Below, one piece after another: positions 58,289-64,000 of a DNA stretch of 64,000 nucleotides. The translations under genes were made by a program, and so were the position numbers. A model generated the notes under the pieces. The model saw only the letters and a program-made list of their open reading frames with translations. It did not search any database and was not told the origin of the DNA. Each line of letters starts with the position of its first letter. The stretch's first letter is position 1. Origin of the DNA: Octopus sinensis (lineage: Eukaryota); NCBI RefSeq assembly GCF_006345805.1, contig NW_021832274.1, forward strand, positions 9,908-73,907, given 5' to 3'.

Positions 58289-60226
58289 TCTATATTAATA
58301 AATTCATAATTTATTAACGCCGTTAAGCGATGGATGTTCATTATTCCTGTTGTTTATACCGAAGGGTAATAATTCCGTCATTTTTCACTTTGTCTTCGAA
58401 TAGACTACATGATTTCAGTTGAATTGACACGTCATACATTAAGCTGTGCTTTATTCTACTATCTCATAACACCCATCATATGGCTCTCATACCTTTCTCA
58501 TGCCACCTGCCCTGAATTCTTGGGAAAACATACACTGGCAAACCTCTACCAACTTGGAATCATTGCACATATGACCTATCATTTCGCTATTCGTAATATT
58601 TCTTCTGAGAATTTGGAAAAAATTTACTGTGGACAAATTACCATGCATTTTCTTTGCAGACGTTATAAAATATCGATTTATATATCCGATTTTGGGTTTG
58701 CTTTTACATTTATACCAGCCAAGTTTGTTTTGGTATTTTTTCTGTAGATGGTTACGCTCCCACCACTAAACACTAAGAGTTTGAGTTCACCAAAATATCA
58801 TCGGTAATTGTCAATTTTACAGAAGAAATTAGGAAAATATGTTTTTGCTTTTATTCGCCCAACTTTTATTTTGACAGAATACCAAGCCAGGAAAGGGATA
58901 ATTTATTAGGTGACTCACAGTTTGACATAATTAAGCCCCTCTCCACTGCCATTTTTTATTGCATAGATTAATTCATTTACCCTGGTGATGTTTATGTTCA
59001 CATCTGTCTCAATTATAGCAATCGTGTCCTAGGTTGAATATTTTGTTGCCATTAAAACATAAATTTTTCCCATGAAGGAGTCTTTTATAGGTCAATAATT
59101 CTCCATTATTTTGCTCATATTGTAGCTCTTGTTTGCTATAAAGGAATATTAATAAAAAGCAAAATATTAAGTGCTACCAGGAAATAATATTAATTGATAC
59201 TTTAATTATAAAGGCTTACTGACCATATACTTAAATACTAAATAGGTGGAGGGTCAATTATTTCAAATAATAGTTTCAACATCAAGAATAATCAGAGCAG
59301 GGTCAAATGTAAGATTTACATTATTCTCCGGGAAATAGTCAAGTGTAATACGTCAGAACTTCTCTCGTTTATCAGGCTCAAACATTTGCTTTTTTGTTGT
59401 GGGACATTAACAACTAGCTTGTAAAAAAAGTCTTGAATAAAAATATCAAGTTCCACTGGAAATGAGATTAATTCATAATTTAATCATAAATTGGCATTCA
59501 TCACGCATTTAAAGTATAGATATGTGGAACTGATTATTTCGAATATACATAAGACACCATCATAGGTCGGTTGAATATAGGGATTCGGAAACATTTTAGG
59601 GATGAGAGAAATAAATTCTTCAGCCTAGCAAAGAGTACAACTTCGAACATTGTGATATATAACTGAAACTGACATGTGATTTCTTATATAGGAATATTTA
59701 AACTAAAATGTGGTAAACAAATACTCAGAGGAAGACAGGTATGTTCTCTTAATCCATAATAAAAGTATCACGGTGAAGACACAAAGAAAAAGAAGAGTCA
59801 AATCAAAAAGAGGGGAGATAACCATAGACAACTAAGTTAAATATGTAAGAGAGATGAGCGCATTGGAATGTTACCTTGTATAAAAAGTGAACGTTTAACC
59901 TCAGCTTATGTATGTTTGAGTAGATATATAATCATAGCCGCTGTCCTATTTTCATGGTAATAACAGTAAGATTTGAGGGAAATTTGGCACTTATTTCTAG
60001 CAGGTTGTGAGAACATTTAAAGGTCACTTAAATGACTCGTGCATAGGCATTGAAGTGTATTCGTATTAAACGTTCAAAGTATGCATGTATGAAGTGGTGA
60101 GGTCACATTTCACAATGTTGGGTCAGATGGATGGGAGATATGGTTATGTCTTGCTGCAAATTTACCGAAGTCCGGCGAGCAAAACCAGTGTTAAAAGCAC
60201 AGTCGCTTCTGTTGATATCACCGCTG

Positions 60227-60452
60227 TCTTCTTCTTCTCTTCTTCTTCTTCTTCTTCTTCTTCTTCTTCTTCTTCTTCTCTTCGTTCTTCTTCTTCTTCT
60301 TCTTCTTCTTCTTCTTCTTCTTCTCTTCTTCTTCTTCTTCTTCTTCTTCTTCTTCTTCTTCTTCTTCTTCTTCTTCTTCTTCTTCTCTCTTCTTCTTCTT
60401 CTTCTTCTTCGTCTCTTCTTCTTCTTCTCTTCTTCTTTCGTCTCTTCTCTCT
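60227..60452. repeat. (TTC)n microsatellite
   Basis: Direct read. Confidence 0.95.
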
Positions 60453-60744
60453 TCAATTAGGACTCACGCCATCAGCCACAAAGAATAATCTCTAATTCAA
60501 GCCTACTCTAAGCTACTAAGTATGCGTGAGGAAACTTGAAGATCCACTCACCACACGCGATAAACTGGCGCTTGCACGGGCTTGAAAACTACGTTGTTAT
60601 CCTCATTCCGTAAACGGTGGCTTTTAACGGGTGGAGAGCTGAACCATCCTGGAGTACAGAGCATTCGCAATCTAGACTAGGGTCTGAAAGTTTACCACAC
60701 CATTGTGGGTTACACCATGGTTCCTCTGCTTTGTGACAGGAGTA

Positions 60745-60846
60745 AGAAGAAAGAGTGAGAGAAAGTTTTGGTGAAAGAGTACAACGGGGTTCGCTACCAC
60801 CCCCGCCGGAGCCTCGTGGAGCTTAAGTGTTTTTGCTCAATAAACC
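60745..60846 (-). mobile_element. SINE family D internal fragment
   Basis: Matches ~15880-15983 (GGTGAAAGAGTACA..CCTCGTGGAGCTT..GCTCAATAAAC). Confidence 0.8.
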
Positions 60847-61346
60847 ACTATTGTTGTTGCAACTGCTGTGATAGTTAGGATAAAGACAATAACGATGAAG
60901 TACCCCAAAAAGCAAACCTACTGTATCAGTTTATCAATAAATTATGAAGTAATTTAGCCCCGTTAAAGTAAAATATTGTTGAAACATTTTTCGTGAATGG
61001 CATGATTAATTTGGGAAGCTTGATAATTAAGAAGAAAAAAAATATATATTAATCTTAACGAATTATTTATTTAGATGATTGCATTGAATATTTTCCACTT
61101 CATGAAATTGATAAATCATTGTGGCAGAATGTTGATTGTGCGGGTTGTGGTGATGATAGTAATTAACACCTACGATTCTATTACTTGAAGATATCTGTAT
61201 GGTTTCAGATTAATTATATCTTGATATATTGAGAACATAATTATTAGCGTATATCTTACTTCTCCCTCTTCCTCCTCCTTTTCCCAATCTTTCGATACAT
61301 AAAGGATATATATATATTTGTGTATGTACGTATGTATGTATGTATA

Positions 61347-61428
<82 letters not shown>

Positions 61429-61485
61429 TATATTATATGTATGTATGTATGGTATATATATATATGTGTATATATAAATATGTAC

Positions 61486-61541
<56 letters not shown>

Positions 61542-61994
61542 GATATATGTATAGATATATATACATACATATGCACTCACACACGCAGATTCACAGACAT
61601 AGAGACAGACACACACACAACACATACCTGCGATCAGTAAATAAGTGGGTGTATATGTGGGTATCAGGAATGTATAAGTGTATGCATGTGTGTATGGGCT
61701 GTTCGCCTATGCATTCACGCAATTCTGAATACATTTAAGGATATAGGCTTGCACAAAACAGGCACTAGATATTACTATATATGTATACGTATGTAAATGT
61801 ATCTATTTATGCATTTATGCATGTATATATGTATACAAGTATTTGTCCACAAATATTTGGTATACATAAAAATATCTAGCTATGTATGCTGTGTGTCTCC
61901 ATGCAAATTAATCAAAAAGACAGAAATGTACCTGGAAAGGTGTACACACACACAAACACACACACATACACACACATACACGCACGCACACACA

Positions 61995-62112
61995 CACACC
62001 TGAAGGCTGGGGTGTATATCAGCCGAAACGATGTGTTAACAAACAAGATGAGGATATATATCTGTCGAATGTTAATAATGTACATAATTCCTCATCTCTT
62101 AAATATAGGACT
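61995..62112 (+). mobile_element. Penelope-like pseudo-LTR fragment with decayed minimal type I hammerhead
   Basis: ACAC-CTGA-A-GGCTG..CAGCC-GAAACG-A-TGTGT; homologous to 14138-14237. Confidence 0.7.
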
Positions 62113-62211
62113 ATACATATGTGTTGTAGGTTTAGGGATTTTTATTACATGCCTGTATGTATGTATGTATGTATGTATGTACGTATGTATGTATGTATGT
62201 ATGTATATATA

Positions 62212-62637
62212 TACCATCCGTGCAACTTTTAAGTTCCCCCCTGTGCCTGTTAAATCTTATGACCCTACCGTAAGGCTTTACTTCCACATACGCCAGCTTA
62301 ATTTGATTCGTCCTTAGTCGAAAGACACCTGTTATTATGTTATGTTAATTGCATTTGTATTTGTGTAACATTTCTCTGTTTTTTTTTTCGTCCTTGTTTT
62401 CGCATACATTCGCTGCTTTGTTCCATGGAATCTAATGATCCTAGCTTATTTTCCCTTCGAGCTGGCCCGATTGGCGCAGTCTCAACTATAACTAGCCGAT
62501 TGCAAAGATGATCTGGAACTAGACTGAGAACAGAAAGCTCCGGATGACCCGTCCTTGTTTCCTTGTATCGTCTGTCTGGATATTTTGTCCCTTTATTGCA
62601 TCACCTAACTGTCTGGATGTTTTGCGTTCTTCTCCCT
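62212..62637. other. Unclassified ~425-bp higher-GC block bounded by TA repeats
   Basis: Sharp composition change, TA repeats on both sides, internal repeats CGTCCTTGTTT and CTGTCTGGAT. Confidence 0.4.
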
Positions 62638-63299
62638 ATATATATATAATTAATACCTGCAATTTGTTTTCGTACCTTTGTGTATATACGTGTGTATAAA
62701 TATGTAAATGTACGTGTACGTGTATTTGTATTTATATATATACATGTGCGTTTGTATGTGTACATGTCTGTGTGTGTGTCTGAATCTATAGACTTATTAT
62801 TCTTATACAACAGGTTTCTTAAATACAGCGTTCATAGTAATGTTTTGCAATTTCATTCGTGCCTCTCCGTTATCTACCATTAGAGCTAACTAAATTCAAG
62901 TGAAGCCAGTTCGGTTTAACAGGTTGAATGCTGTGAGCATAAGTGGAGATGCGCAGACGAAGGAACTGTATCATTTGATGACAGTTTAATCTACTGATAC
63001 TACTTATACACAACTTGGAGGACCTTAAAATAGTCTGAGGGTTAAATATCTTTTATAGAAACACGTGTGTCTATTGAAAGAAAATGAGTACTAATCGCTG
63101 ACAGCTGTTAGATTTTGGGTGGGAAAGTGATTTTTTCTTAATTTTTTTTCTCAATTAATCGATTATTTCTTTTTCATTAAAAAGATAATCTGCTACTACT
63201 TTGTTTAAGGGAATTGTTTTCCACACAACACTAAGATATTTTTTTTCTCATTTCCAACCATTGTGGTGTCACGCAAAACGAGAGAATCACACCGTGATT

Positions 63300-63920
63300 A
63301 GCTGACCCGCTAGATATTTGCCGTAAAATTTCTCTCAAATCCACAGCCTTCCAATGAATTGCGTTTGATATATTGTTGGGATGGTCATAGCTGGTATAAT
63401 CTTTGATCTTAATTCTTCACAATGAGAGCTGAACTCGAGCTACACAAGATATTGCAGCAAAAAAAAAAAGAACAGCAACAACAAAAACAATAATAACCAC
63501 GTAATTCTATTTTATCGTTTTTTCCTTTGTAGATATAAAATAAGCTAAAGTTCTAAATGCGTAACATTTGATGTCCTTATGATTTAGCCTCATTTTAGCC
63601 TTGATGAAGCCAACCTATTATCAAAAGACAATCCAACCATGATAATCTCGCTCTCTTCATTTTTCGAGGCATAAAATACCTAGGATCACTTCACCTTGTG
63701 CTCTTTTACAATTGTAGTGTATGTGTAAATTAGACAACTGCTGCTTCTAGCATAGATGCTCCCTTAAGTACTTGATATTGTAATTTAGCCTTAGGTCGAT
63801 CAAAACTGCTGAACAAAAGCTATATAGCTACGACCTTTCACTATCGAATGTATCCTGTTTTAATGACACTGGAGGGTGATTTCAAAGATATATGGAAGCC
63901 AGTTCTATCAGATCGAGATT
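63300..63920. repeat. Old diverged interspersed repeat (copies in both orientations)
   Basis: Loosely shared motifs TTAGCCTTAGGTC / CCAGCCATG / GATTTGAGGGAAATTTGGC..TTTCTAGCAGGT, also near 10330-10500, 22075-22235, 59895-60015. Confidence 0.45.
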
Positions 63921-64000
63921 CTGTGTTGAATTTTCTTAGAGAAGTTCTTTCATTGCTTCATCGTTGGCTCTTTATGTATCGTTGTTGTGTTTTTAAAGGG

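Overview
AT-rich, microsatellite-saturated eukaryotic non-coding DNA. Repeat style and SINE types suggest an octopus/coleoid cephalopod genome (inference). I found no intact host gene; nearly all ORFs in the track are microsatellite read-throughs. The window holds at least four tRNA-derived SINE families, decayed R4/Dong-type, RTE-like and CR1/L2-like LINE fragments, a decayed DD37D (maT-type) Tc1/mariner transposase, two non-autonomous Helitrons and a decayed Penelope-like GIY-YIG endonuclease. Most interesting: (1) a set of microsatellite-embedded elements carrying whole or half type I hammerhead ribozyme motifs, including a near-canonical hammerhead between 107-bp direct repeats (44226-44795) and a cluster of long fold-back palindromes (35.6-41.3 kb), several of which turn around at the hammerhead 3' half; (2) a candidate recursive splice site with an RS-exon-like layout (two AG|GTAAGT sites, 27572-27683); (3) SINEs present as head-to-tail ~184-bp concatemers inside single target-site duplications. 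All family names come from motifs recognised by eye, not from database searches, and boundaries of decayed elements are approximate.
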